Positions 56,380 to 64,000 of a DNA stretch of 64,000 bases are shown here, in pieces. Origin of the DNA: a virus; the IMG/VR virus record IMGVR_UViG_3300034683_000192, positions 1 through 64,000 of that record; one strand, given 5' to 3'. Position 1 is the stretch's first letter; each line of letters begins with the position of its first letter. Under the pieces are notes generated by a model, which was not told the DNA's origin, did no database searches, and saw only the letters and a list, made by a program, of their open reading frames with translations. The translations under genes were made by a program, and so were the position numbers.

Positions 56380-58272
56380 ATGCTCACTTACGACGAACTT
56401 CAGCTCTCCATGCTGGTCGCACGATTCGAAGAAGCGTTGATCAATTCAGAGGAATCGGATCAAACACTGCTCGATGAAATTTCTGCACTTGGTACAGAAA
56501 GTCTCGATGGTGAAACTCTGCCAGCTAAGGTACAGCAATTTGTCGAATCCAAGATTCGTGCCATTCTTGGTACGGAACATGTAGTATCTCAAGCTGCAGC
56601 TATCGCAACGAAGCAAGGAAATCGATTGATTTCCAAAGTAAAGGATTTGTCTGGGATTTCTATCGACAAAGAAAAATTCATGAGCATGTCCGTGACGAAT
56701 GTTATTCCTTACGAATATCTTCGTAGACATCCCCAAATGTTCACAGACATTTCTTTCATGCTCAGAAATATCGGTACTTTGGTTAATGCGCCAATCGAAA
56801 AGAGCGCACCTCTCGGTGCTCCATTGGTGGCATTGATCAAGAAGATTGAATCTGCTGGATATGTGTATCGTAATCCTGGTGTGATCAACTCATATCTGGT
56901 ACACCATTCTGTATTTGATCCAATTCCTGCTGCGGATACCAAAAAGGATAAATACAGTTGGAAAACAGAAACGATCAAGAATCTTGGATATACTCCAGAG
57001 AGAGTTCGGGAACTTGCAAGTACTCTGACGAATAACAATCGTCCTGGGTACTTCCAAACAATATGGACTGCACTCAAAAGTAATTTGTACAGCACGACTA
57101 TTCTCAAGAATCTCATTCTTAAACCCAGTGGCGACGAAGTCAATCGGGTATATGGAATACATGTCCGTACCCATCGAATTGGCGTGATCAAAGCAATCTC
57201 GCTTTATCACCACTATATTCAGGCGGCTTTAGATATTGCCATGATCGATCGGTTGGTTCGATGCATGATAAATTCAATGCAATCTGGTCAGGAACGACTG
57301 TACTTCATGTCTATTGATCCGAACAAATTGCTTCTTGATGCTTCCGTCACGGACAACATCGATGAAGCTATCGAGATCGATGCAGAAGAAACTCCTATCG
57401 TCACTGACGAAATCGCATCATACACTGAAGCAGAATCTGCCGTTGAACAATTCAAGATTGATGCGCAGAAAAAGCTTACCTTCAATTATCCGACTGAAGG
57501 TGTCAAAAATGTGGCGCTCGAATCTCTTCGCATGGATGAGATGCGTACCAACAAAGCCATCGCCAAGAAGATGCTGTCACTGTTCGAGAAGCGAATCAAG
57601 AAGAATGAACATCTCTTGAAGTGTCTCGAAAACACCAGCATTCTCGTTGGTCGCGAACTTCGTAAGGTGAGCACCACTTTGCGTAAGCAAGATCTCGACA
57701 ATATTGTCATGCGGAATATTCCGAAGTACGAAGACATCCATCGTAGGATTGCATTCTACAACGGTATTCGTCAAGACTTCACGACGTCCATCGCAGAACT
57801 GTATCGTCCGGTTCTTCATGAGAAGGATTATGGTAAGGGAATCGAGAACTACACGAACCTTGCGATGATCTCCGGATTCGAGATGTTCGATGCTGAAACA
57901 TACTTCTCTTCAAAGCCAGGCGAAGTATTTGCGTCGAATGACGCCACCTATCGTGGAAGTCTCTCAGATGCTGGTTACACAGTGGCTGAAGTCCTGAGAC
58001 TCGCGAAAGCTGTTGACAGCATGCAAAGAGTTCTGACTTCTCCGCTTCCTGTCATGAATGGAAACATTCCTGTCACGGAATCGATGATCGAAGAAGCTGT
58101 GACTCTTCGCAACGCTGAAGACAAGGTGGACCGCGTAACCGCGTGCAATGTGCGTCGTACGAGATATGGGATGCTCTCGAGGATCAGAAGTGAACTTCTC
58201 CTCGAATCTGTCCTTTCTGATACGTACACCACGTACAGACTGCTGAAGGCGCTCAATAGAGCGAAAAAATAA
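56380..58272 (+). CDS. Double-length inner-head protein paralog (two tandem domains)
   Basis: Each half has a [GA]-x-E motif and the paralog motif (TIKNLGYTPE, SLSDAGYTVAE). Confidence 0.65.
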   Translation: MLTYDELQLSMLVARFEEALINSEESDQTLLDEISALGTESLDGETLPAKVQQFVESKIRAILGTEHVVSQAAAIATKQGNRLISKVKDLSGISIDKEKFMSMSVTNVIPYEYLRRHPQMFTDISFMLRNIGTLVNAPIEKSAPLGAPLVALIKKIESAGYVYRNPGVINSYLVHHSVFDPIPAADTKKDKYSWKTETIKNLGYTPERVRELASTLTNNNRPGYFQTIWTALKSNLYSTTILKNLILKPSGDEVNRVYGIHVRTHRIGVIKAISLYHHYIQAALDIAMIDRLVRCMINSMQSGQERLYFMSIDPNKLLLDASVTDNIDEAIEIDAEETPIVTDEIASYTEAESAVEQFKIDAQKKLTFNYPTEGVKNVALESLRMDEMRTNKAIAKKMLSLFEKRIKKNEHLLKCLENTSILVGRELRKVSTTLRKQDLDNIVMRNIPKYEDIHRRIAFYNGIRQDFTTSIAELYRPVLHEKDYGKGIENYTNLAMISGFEMFDAETYFSSKPGEVFASNDATYRGSLSDAGYTVAEVLRLAKAVDSMQRVLTSPLPVMNGNIPVTESMIEEAVTLRNAEDKVDRVTACNVRRTRYGMLSRIRSELLLESVLSDTYTTYRLLKALNRAKK

Positions 58273-58297
58273 AGTTCGCGTTGCACCGAACCACCCA

Positions 58298-58331
58298 GAT
58301 GAGAGGAGAGCCCTAGGGCTCTCCTCTCATC
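58298..58331. terminator. 34-bp perfect palindrome between convergent genes
   Basis: GATGAGAGGAGAGCC-ctag-GGCTCTCCTCTCATC. Confidence 0.7.
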
Positions 58332-58344
58332 CAGTAGCGCTGTA

Positions 58345-58965
58345 TCAGAAGTCTCCTTTATCGAACTCGAAAGGATCGTTGTTGTTGGCGTAGTGGTTCA
58401 TGATCTCAAGGACACTAGCCTGCGTCCATCGGATATGGTCATCGACGAACGGCGCGATACCCCCAAGTTTGCGAAACTTGTCCAGTACCTTCCAGGGTTC
58501 CGGATGTTCTGTTTCTCCGGAAAGAATGGTGATGGTACCAGACTCAAGTTCTTCCAGGCAGAAGCTCATCTCGGAATCCAGTATCCATGGACTGTGGAGG
58601 ATCTTGAAGATGAACTTTTCGAGTGGTACACCAGCAAGACACGACGTCGCGTAATCGATGAGTTGCTGGATTCCCGCGACTGATGCTGGAATGGGGATGA
58701 CTTCGATTTTCTTGTTTTTCGTTCCTTCCTTACACCAGACGTGCATGAGTTTGGCGGTCACGTGATCGTCTTTCTGTTCCGCGTCCATACGAATGCGATG
58801 TTCCGCACTCGTATACCAGTTGAATGTGCACCGGTATACGTCATCGTCCTTGATCGCAGCGAGGACACTGGTAGCGGCTTTCGGCGAGAATATGATTCGA
58901 GTCTCCTCGTTGGGATCGAAGTTCTTCGGGTCGAGTTCTTCGTCGGTCAGTTGTCTCAGTTGCAC
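58345..58965 (-). CDS. Hypothetical protein, possible CYTH-like triphosphate-tunnel fold
   Basis: RIRM..., AKL, LEKF and W.LD...LEELE pattern; weak. Confidence 0.4.
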   Translation of the reverse strand: MQLRQLTDEELDPKNFDPNEETRIIFSPKAATSVLAAIKDDDVYRCTFNWYTSAEHRIRMDAEQKDDHVTAKLMHVWCKEGTKNKKIEVIPIPASVAGIQQLIDYATSCLAGVPLEKFIFKILHSPWILDSEMSFCLEELESGTITILSGETEHPEPWKVLDKFRKLGGIAPFVDDHIRWTQASVLEIMNHYANNNDPFEFDKGDF

Positions 58966-58968
58966 GAG

Positions 58969-59250
58969 TTACCCCCTGAGTTCGATGTTGAATCTCTCCG
59001 AAAGATCATTGCGGTATTTGTCGACGTCGATGACCTTTCCGGTCGGATCTATTAATGCCCATCTACCACCAATCTGAGCCACATTTCGGAGATCCCGATG
59101 TGTCCATAACCGCTGTATTGTGTATCCGTCATCCGTCTTGTAGATGCTATCCTGATCAATCCCATCCGAAGCCTGTTCGAGTGGTTCCTGATATGCAACG
59201 CGTGCATACTTGAATTTGATCTCTTTGAATGCACTGATTGATAAAGACAT
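58969..59250 (-). CDS. Hypothetical protein
   Basis: Start refined to MSLSIS; early promoter upstream. Confidence 0.65.
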   Translation of the reverse strand: MSLSISAFKEIKFKYARVAYQEPLEQASDGIDQDSIYKTDDGYTIQRLWTHRDLRNVAQIGGRWALIDPTGKVIDVDKYRNDLSERFNIELRG

Positions 59251-59299
59251 ATTGCTACTCTTTATTGGGACAATATTTAAATTACTAATCTTCAAAATT

Positions 59300-59307
59300 G
59301 TAATATA
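59300..59307 (-). promoter_or_regulatory. Early promoter motif TATATTAC
   Basis: Exact motif about 50 nt upstream of the 59250 start. Confidence 0.65.
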
Positions 59308-59354
59308 GACTTATAGCACTGATGAATACCATATTTTAAAATCAGGAGCCCGAT

Positions 59355-60119
59355 ATGTCCCAGATGAAGAGTATTTCGGATCTCGACGAAATCGGCGTTG
59401 AAGGCTTTCGCCCATTCGACAGATTCAAGCTTTGGCTCAATGAGTCAGGAAGCATGATTCAGACGATGCAGAACTCTCTGAAGTTCTTTACTGACCACTA
59501 CACCGAAGCAGAAATATCTAATGCTCTTCGTCCAATAAGATCTCCCAACGTACGCAAGAGTGAAATCATTCGGTACATGGAAAAAATTTCGAACATCATT
59601 TTGATGTACGATAAGATACAGCAGCAGTTGGTCAACGCCAAATGCTATCTCGAAGTATTCAAACACCCAGTATCGAAGGGTATGGATATTCCTGAAATTA
59701 AGGAAACTCAGAAACTGTTCAAGGAAGTCGATTGTTCCGTCTGGATCGACCTTGACAAGAGATTCTATATCGATTGGGACTATTCCAAATTCGAAGATCG
59801 CATCTTTGCAGAAGATGCTTCGCTTTGGATTTCTCAGGACGTCAAAGGTATTCGAGATGTCGAAATACTCATCAATGCATGTCTTAAGGCCAGAGATATT
59901 TCCAATCGAACGAATAAGTCGATTTATTACGGACTGATTGACCGCACCCCGCTCTTCCCCAAAGGAATGACTCCTACCGAACAGCAGATTCTTCTGGCGA
60001 AATCAAATCGTCTGAGATATCTTGCCGTCACCAACATGTTGTACGACGGTGGAACACTTATGATGAAAATGTGGTACATCATTTCTACCTTGTGCATCAG
60101 ACTGAGAAAGAATCTGTAG
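59355..60119 (+). CDS. Hypothetical, probably virion protein
   Basis: SD AGGAG; N-terminal IGVEGF motif like the inner-head paralogs. Confidence 0.65.
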   Translation: MSQMKSISDLDEIGVEGFRPFDRFKLWLNESGSMIQTMQNSLKFFTDHYTEAEISNALRPIRSPNVRKSEIIRYMEKISNIILMYDKIQQQLVNAKCYLEVFKHPVSKGMDIPEIKETQKLFKEVDCSVWIDLDKRFYIDWDYSKFEDRIFAEDASLWISQDVKGIRDVEILINACLKARDISNRTNKSIYYGLIDRTPLFPKGMTPTEQQILLAKSNRLRYLAVTNMLYDGGTLMMKMWYIISTLCIRLRKNL

Positions 60120-60130
60120 AATATCGATCA

Positions 60131-60164
60131 ATGAGGACTCTCCCTTTTACAGGAGAGTCCTCAT
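60131..60164. terminator. Stem-loop between convergent genes
   Basis: ATGAGGACTCTCC...GGAGAGTCCTCAT. Confidence 0.7.
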
Positions 60165-60168
60165 AGTT

Positions 60169-60594
60169 CTACACGAGTTTGATCGGTACATTCAAGAATC
60201 TTGCGAGAAGACCAGCCATGGGCATGACTTGGTATGTCCAGAATGCAAGATCTTCATCCGCATCTTCCTTTTTCTGGTAATCGAGAATTCGAGTAATCGC
60301 ATTTTTGTTTCCGGCCATGCGAATGTAAACAGAATGATGTGTCGCGTTTTCTGCTACACTCACTGGACGAACGAGAGGTCCAGCAATCTTAGTGTAGCCA
60401 ATTTCGATGCACGATGGATAAAGAGCACCTTCAGCTGTCGTGGTCATGAAATTGTTTTGATCTCGAATGTGTTCGAGCACCCCCGAAATAACGACAGCGG
60501 AATCTTTTGCATCAATTTCCGACAGTTCGTTGATTTTCTGAAAGTGATGCATGACCATACTCGAGAACTCTTCGATAGAAAGTTGTGGATACAT
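60169..60594 (-). CDS. Hypothetical protein
   Basis: 141 aa, SD GAGGGA; early promoter upstream. Confidence 0.7.
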   Translation of the reverse strand: MYPQLSIEEFSSMVMHHFQKINELSEIDAKDSAVVISGVLEHIRDQNNFMTTTAEGALYPSCIEIGYTKIAGPLVRPVSVAENATHHSVYIRMAGNKNAITRILDYQKKEDADEDLAFWTYQVMPMAGLLARFLNVPIKLV

Positions 60595-60643
60595 TTTTCC
60601 CTCGCAGATAGTGAATATTGGTTTAACTAGACGTATCTGATGA

Positions 60644-60651
60644 GTAATATA
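60644..60651 (-). promoter_or_regulatory. Early promoter motif TATATTAC
   Basis: Exact motif 50 nt upstream of the 60594 start. Confidence 0.7.
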
Positions 60652-60669
60652 TGTTTCAATTATCGATCA

Positions 60670-60697
60670 CGAGTAGGACCCAAATGGGTCCTACTCG
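60670..60697. terminator. Stem-loop after the RNAP beta gene
   Basis: CGAGTAGGACCC-aaat-GGGTCCTACTCG. Confidence 0.7.
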
Positions 60698-60706
60698 GAT
60701 ATTAGT

Positions 60707-63700
60707 CTATTTGTTCTTTTCGTAGATGTCGACTGCTTGCAGTTCGAGCTCTTCGAGTACTCGTTCACTTATCCCAGTGACAATGGGAGAGTTCACGATA
60801 CGGTTGGATATCGATGATCCACTGAACAAAATATCGACAGGGATATTCGATTCAGTAGAGATCTCACCATCTTCAAATACTCGACCTGTAACAGACTTCA
60901 GTGATGAGTCGAGAACGATCTTATCCCCGATTCCACTTGTGAGTCTTTCCTGGATGTAGAATCTGAAAAGAACGGTGTCCTTCTCAAATGTTACACCCTT
61001 AAACTTTGTTCCGACAGGTACAGGTTTCGCTTCAGGATATTCCATATGGTTGGACGTACCCTGAGAAAACTTATACTTCTGCGCGTTTTCTTTCGCAACT
61101 TCCTTTACGAATTTTGCGACTGTGGGGTGTTGTTCTGTGATGTCGATCGAATAGAATGTCTCGATCTTTACAATCGTTCCTGCGTGCTGAGCTTTCGGAG
61201 TTTTCCGGTTAAGCTTTGCGAGATAGTCGAGCGCAGTAGGATCTTCAGAGATCGTGGACATGTCCTGCATTTGTGCATCTTCAAATACCATGAGGTAATC
61301 GTTGACGTCTACTTCATCACCGACACGTTTGTGGTCGTGAATGAATGTAGATGCAGGAATGGATATTTGGCGAATTTCGATTGGTTGGATTTCGAGTTTT
61401 TCTCCGAAGGTACGCGATATTGCGTTACTATCTTCGAATGTTGTACTGCAGTCGATAAGAGCTACAGTAGCGACGAGTCCGTGTTTCCAATCCGCTTGTT
61501 TGGTAATTGGATCAAATTCAAAGTATTCTGGATTGTAGCTCAAAATCTCCCCACGCTTAAAGCTATCCCCCTTCTTGACTGAGAGATTAAGCTTAAGTGT
61601 GGTGACCATATCAGCACACTCTCCATATGTCTCACCGAATTTGATCACATGAACTGTACCATCTTTGTACTGGATCTTACAAAGTCCGAGTGCATCATCG
61701 ACTTCAAGGACTTTGCCATCTTGTTTTGCGGAATACGCGTACTGTGATGACGCTTTATGCGCGATAACTCTCTCGTAACCAGTACGAGTACGCATGCACT
61801 CTGCGTCTTTCGTAGGCAGTTGGTGAGCAAGCTGAATAGAGATAAAGTTTGCACGCTTGGGGTCATCTTGAGTCGCTCCAGGAAGGAGAAGAGCAGGTGT
61901 ACTCAAGATCTGTGCAGGTTGCAATTCATCAATCGGTTTCGGTTGAATGATACCGAAGACGTTTGCTATCGTAGGATCAGGAGGAGCAATCGCAGTGATT
62001 GCCACGCTACCTGAGTCGGGAGTAGCTTCAGATACCGTTCCGACACCATCTTCAGGATACCGCCGATCGTTGACAACGAATGCTTGTGCTGTACGACCAC
62101 CTGCACCAGTATAAGTAAAACTGGATGCAATTTTCATTTCCTGAATAGGATTGATATCCTCAATTCCAATCATCGATTGGTCTTGCAGGATTCGCTGAAG
62201 AACTGCATTAGGATTGATGCTGAACATCGCACCTGAACCTGGACGACGTTTGAAGCTCGCATGTTCTCGCATGATCTCGTTGTAGACGATCATGTTGAAC
62301 CGTTCGTATGACCGAAGTCTATGATTACCCATCGCGGATGCTTCGAGATGCTGCGGTGTCACGAGCATATCTGTTGCACGAATGAGTAGATCTTTGAACG
62401 TCGTAGGTTCTCCCATTTGGATGAGAGTTCCTCTGGTTTTTGCATCGACAAAATACGTGAAGGTATCTTCAATACCCTTCAAATAGTTTGTCTTAAATCC
62501 CTTTGAAGTGAGCAACTCGTAATACACGTTTTTGGTATCGAGATCCTCAAAGAGGTAGTTCTTCGTATCGAACATCGACAGACCGGCAAGGATCAAAGAA
62601 TTTCGCATCGGGTATCTTGGGATAACCAGTGCATAATCTTTGAACCTGATGATGATGTCTGATGGTTTGATATTTTGTCTCTGACGGTAGTTGATGAGTT
62701 GGTAGTTTATCCCGAGATATTCGAGTACATGTCTCAAACCAAACTGGAAGCACAGCAAAAATCCGACAGGGAATTTCTTGTCAAGAATTTTGATGTCAGT
62801 CCATTCGGTCAACCGAGTACTTGGCATACCAAATATCGTCGAGAACATGTCAATGAATGTCGTACGGAAAAGAATCTTCTTGGTAGTTGGGTTCACCAGT
62901 GTGATGAGGTTGTTCGCACTGATAAACATTTTGTACAGTACATTCTCTCTGGTCGTTTCACCAAAAAGAATACCGTGTGATTTTTCCAATTGATTGAGTG
63001 TCTTCTCGTCGAGAGCATTTCCGAGTTGTGCGAAACGATCATTCAGATTGAAGTACATGTGCACAGGACAACTGCGATGATCCTTGAACTTCAACCTGCG
63101 ATAGATCGATGCAATATCTGCATATTCCGAGGAGATTCGATCATTGATCGATATCCCACCAAATTCAATAACGATGCGATCATTTTCTTTGTTCGCATTG
63201 TTGATGAGCTTTTGGAAATATGGAAGAAAGCTATGAGCTTTTGCTTCGTTTTTCTCTACGACAGTTTTGTTGTAGTACGACGCAAGTGAAACTCGTGTCG
63301 GAGAAACTTTACAGATGGGAAGGTTTGTCATCTGCTTTCGCAGTGCACACTTTACGCCATTGACGAGACAGTTGCCATTTTCGTCGACGTGCGGAAGAGT
63401 AAAGTTGATCGTGTGTTTCTTTCCATTGATGTCTTCAAACTTCATCTTGTATTTAACAAGACGATTAAGTGCATCAGACTGCATCGTCTCTTCGATACCA
63501 GTCAGATACATCCCGTGTTTGTTGAGACTGAGTGCAACTGCAGCGAGATCTTTGTGGAAGAATTTCTCCATGTAGATCTTGTCAAAACTTTGGATACTCG
63601 ATGATGCTTGTGAAGGATCAGGAAGTTGATCTTCAAGGAACTCGAGTTTATCCGATGTCAACTTTGGATCGACTGCTTGAGTGATGTGTTCCTCAATGGT

Positions 63701-64000
63701 CTTTCCGTTGAGTACAACTTTCTTCGATGCACTTGCGATATTCTTGAATCTTTCCTTTTGTTTGATGGTGAGTGAACTTTCTCGAAGAGTTTTCTCGATC
63801 TGTTCATCCACTTCGTCGAGGAAAGTTTGACCTTCTTTCGCAACTTCCTCAGGAGTCTCAAATGGTTTCATTTGAGACAATAGTCCTTCAAGCTCACGAA
63901 TCTCTTCATCGAGAGAATCGGTAGAAATATCCTCTCCCTGTGGAGGAATATCGAGTTGAATATCTTGAGTTTTCTGTGACTGTGAAGCAGTCCCCTCGAC
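60707..64000 (-). CDS. rpoB: Large RNA polymerase beta subunit (virion RNAP, phiKZ gp178-like); 5' end lies beyond the window
   Basis: SEATPDSGSVAI, DDPKRANFISIQLAHQLP, RTGYE, TFEDSNAIS, GDKI and DILFSGSSISNRIV. The frame is open from 64000, so the track start at 63880 is not the true start. Confidence 0.9.
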   Translation of the reverse strand, partial: VEGTASQSQKTQDIQLDIPPQGEDISTDSLDEEIRELEGLLSQMKPFETPEEVAKEGQTFLDEVDEQIEKTLRESSLTIKQKERFKNIASASKKVVLNGKTIEEHITQAVDPKLTSDKLEFLEDQLPDPSQASSSIQSFDKIYMEKFFHKDLAAVALSLNKHGMYLTGIEETMQSDALNRLVKYKMKFEDINGKKHTINFTLPHVDENGNCLVNGVKCALRKQMTNLPICKVSPTRVSLASYYNKTVVEKNEAKAHSFLPYFQKLINNANKENDRIVIEFGGISINDRISSEYADIASIYRRLKFKDHRSCPVHMYFNLNDRFAQLGNALDEKTLNQLEKSHGILFGETTRENVLYKMFISANNLITLVNPTTKKILFRTTFIDMFSTIFGMPSTRLTEWTDIKILDKKFPVGFLLCFQFGLRHVLEYLGINYQLINYRQRQNIKPSDIIIRFKDYALVIPRYPMRNSLILAGLSMFDTKNYLFEDLDTKNVYYELLTSKGFKTNYLKGIEDTFTYFVDAKTRGTLIQMGEPTTFKDLLIRATDMLVTPQHLEASAMGNHRLRSYERFNMIVYNEIMREHASFKRRPGSGAMFSINPNAVLQRILQDQSMIGIEDINPIQEMKIASSFTYTGAGGRTAQAFVVNDRRYPEDGVGTVSEATPDSGSVAITAIAPPDPTIANVFGIIQPKPIDELQPAQILSTPALLLPGATQDDPKRANFISIQLAHQLPTKDAECMRTRTGYERVIAHKASSQYAYSAKQDGKVLEVDDALGLCKIQYKDGTVHVIKFGETYGECADMVTTLKLNLSVKKGDSFKRGEILSYNPEYFEFDPITKQADWKHGLVATVALIDCSTTFEDSNAISRTFGEKLEIQPIEIRQISIPASTFIHDHKRVGDEVDVNDYLMVFEDAQMQDMSTISEDPTALDYLAKLNRKTPKAQHAGTIVKIETFYSIDITEQHPTVAKFVKEVAKENAQKYKFSQGTSNHMEYPEAKPVPVGTKFKGVTFEKDTVLFRFYIQERLTSGIGDKIVLDSSLKSVTGRVFEDGEISTESNIPVDILFSGSSISNRIVNSPIVTGISERVLEELELQAVDIYEKNK

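Noticed and set aside
1-64000. CRISPR arrays, tRNA genes, inteins, homing endonucleases and stop-codon recoding
   Set aside because: No repeat-spacer arrays, cloverleafs, intein termini or HNH/LAGLIDADG motifs noticed. Core genes are full length in the standard code and all three stops are used.

Overview
A 64-kb segment of a phiKZ-like jumbo phage genome, read with the standard genetic code, at roughly 45% GC by eye with several GC-rich genes. It holds four split multisubunit RNA polymerase subunit genes (beta-N nvRNAP-like, beta-C, beta'-C and a large beta, the first and last truncated by the window edges). It also has a two-subunit type IIA topoisomerase (GyrB- and GyrA-like, with a GyrA-box-like motif), a family-B DNA polymerase, ThyX, RNase HI and a divergent GroEL-like chaperonin. 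A tail-fibre/lysis block and a virion block (baseplate wedge, tube-like protein, paralogous inner-head proteins with [AG]-x-E motifs) follow, plus early accessory genes (GNAT, ART-like, CYTH-like, secreted proteins). Non-coding signals are (1) a ~720-nt helix-rich region between the topoisomerase genes, the best candidate for an undescribed large RNA; (2) the phiKZ early-promoter motif TATATTAC in seven exact copies upstream of minus-strand genes; (3) more than 20 intergenic GGAG-rich palindromes; and (4) a GC-rich foreign cassette that apparently replaced a tail-fibre tip and left a frameshifted remnant. All phiKZ gp assignments are from motif and synteny recall, not database searches.
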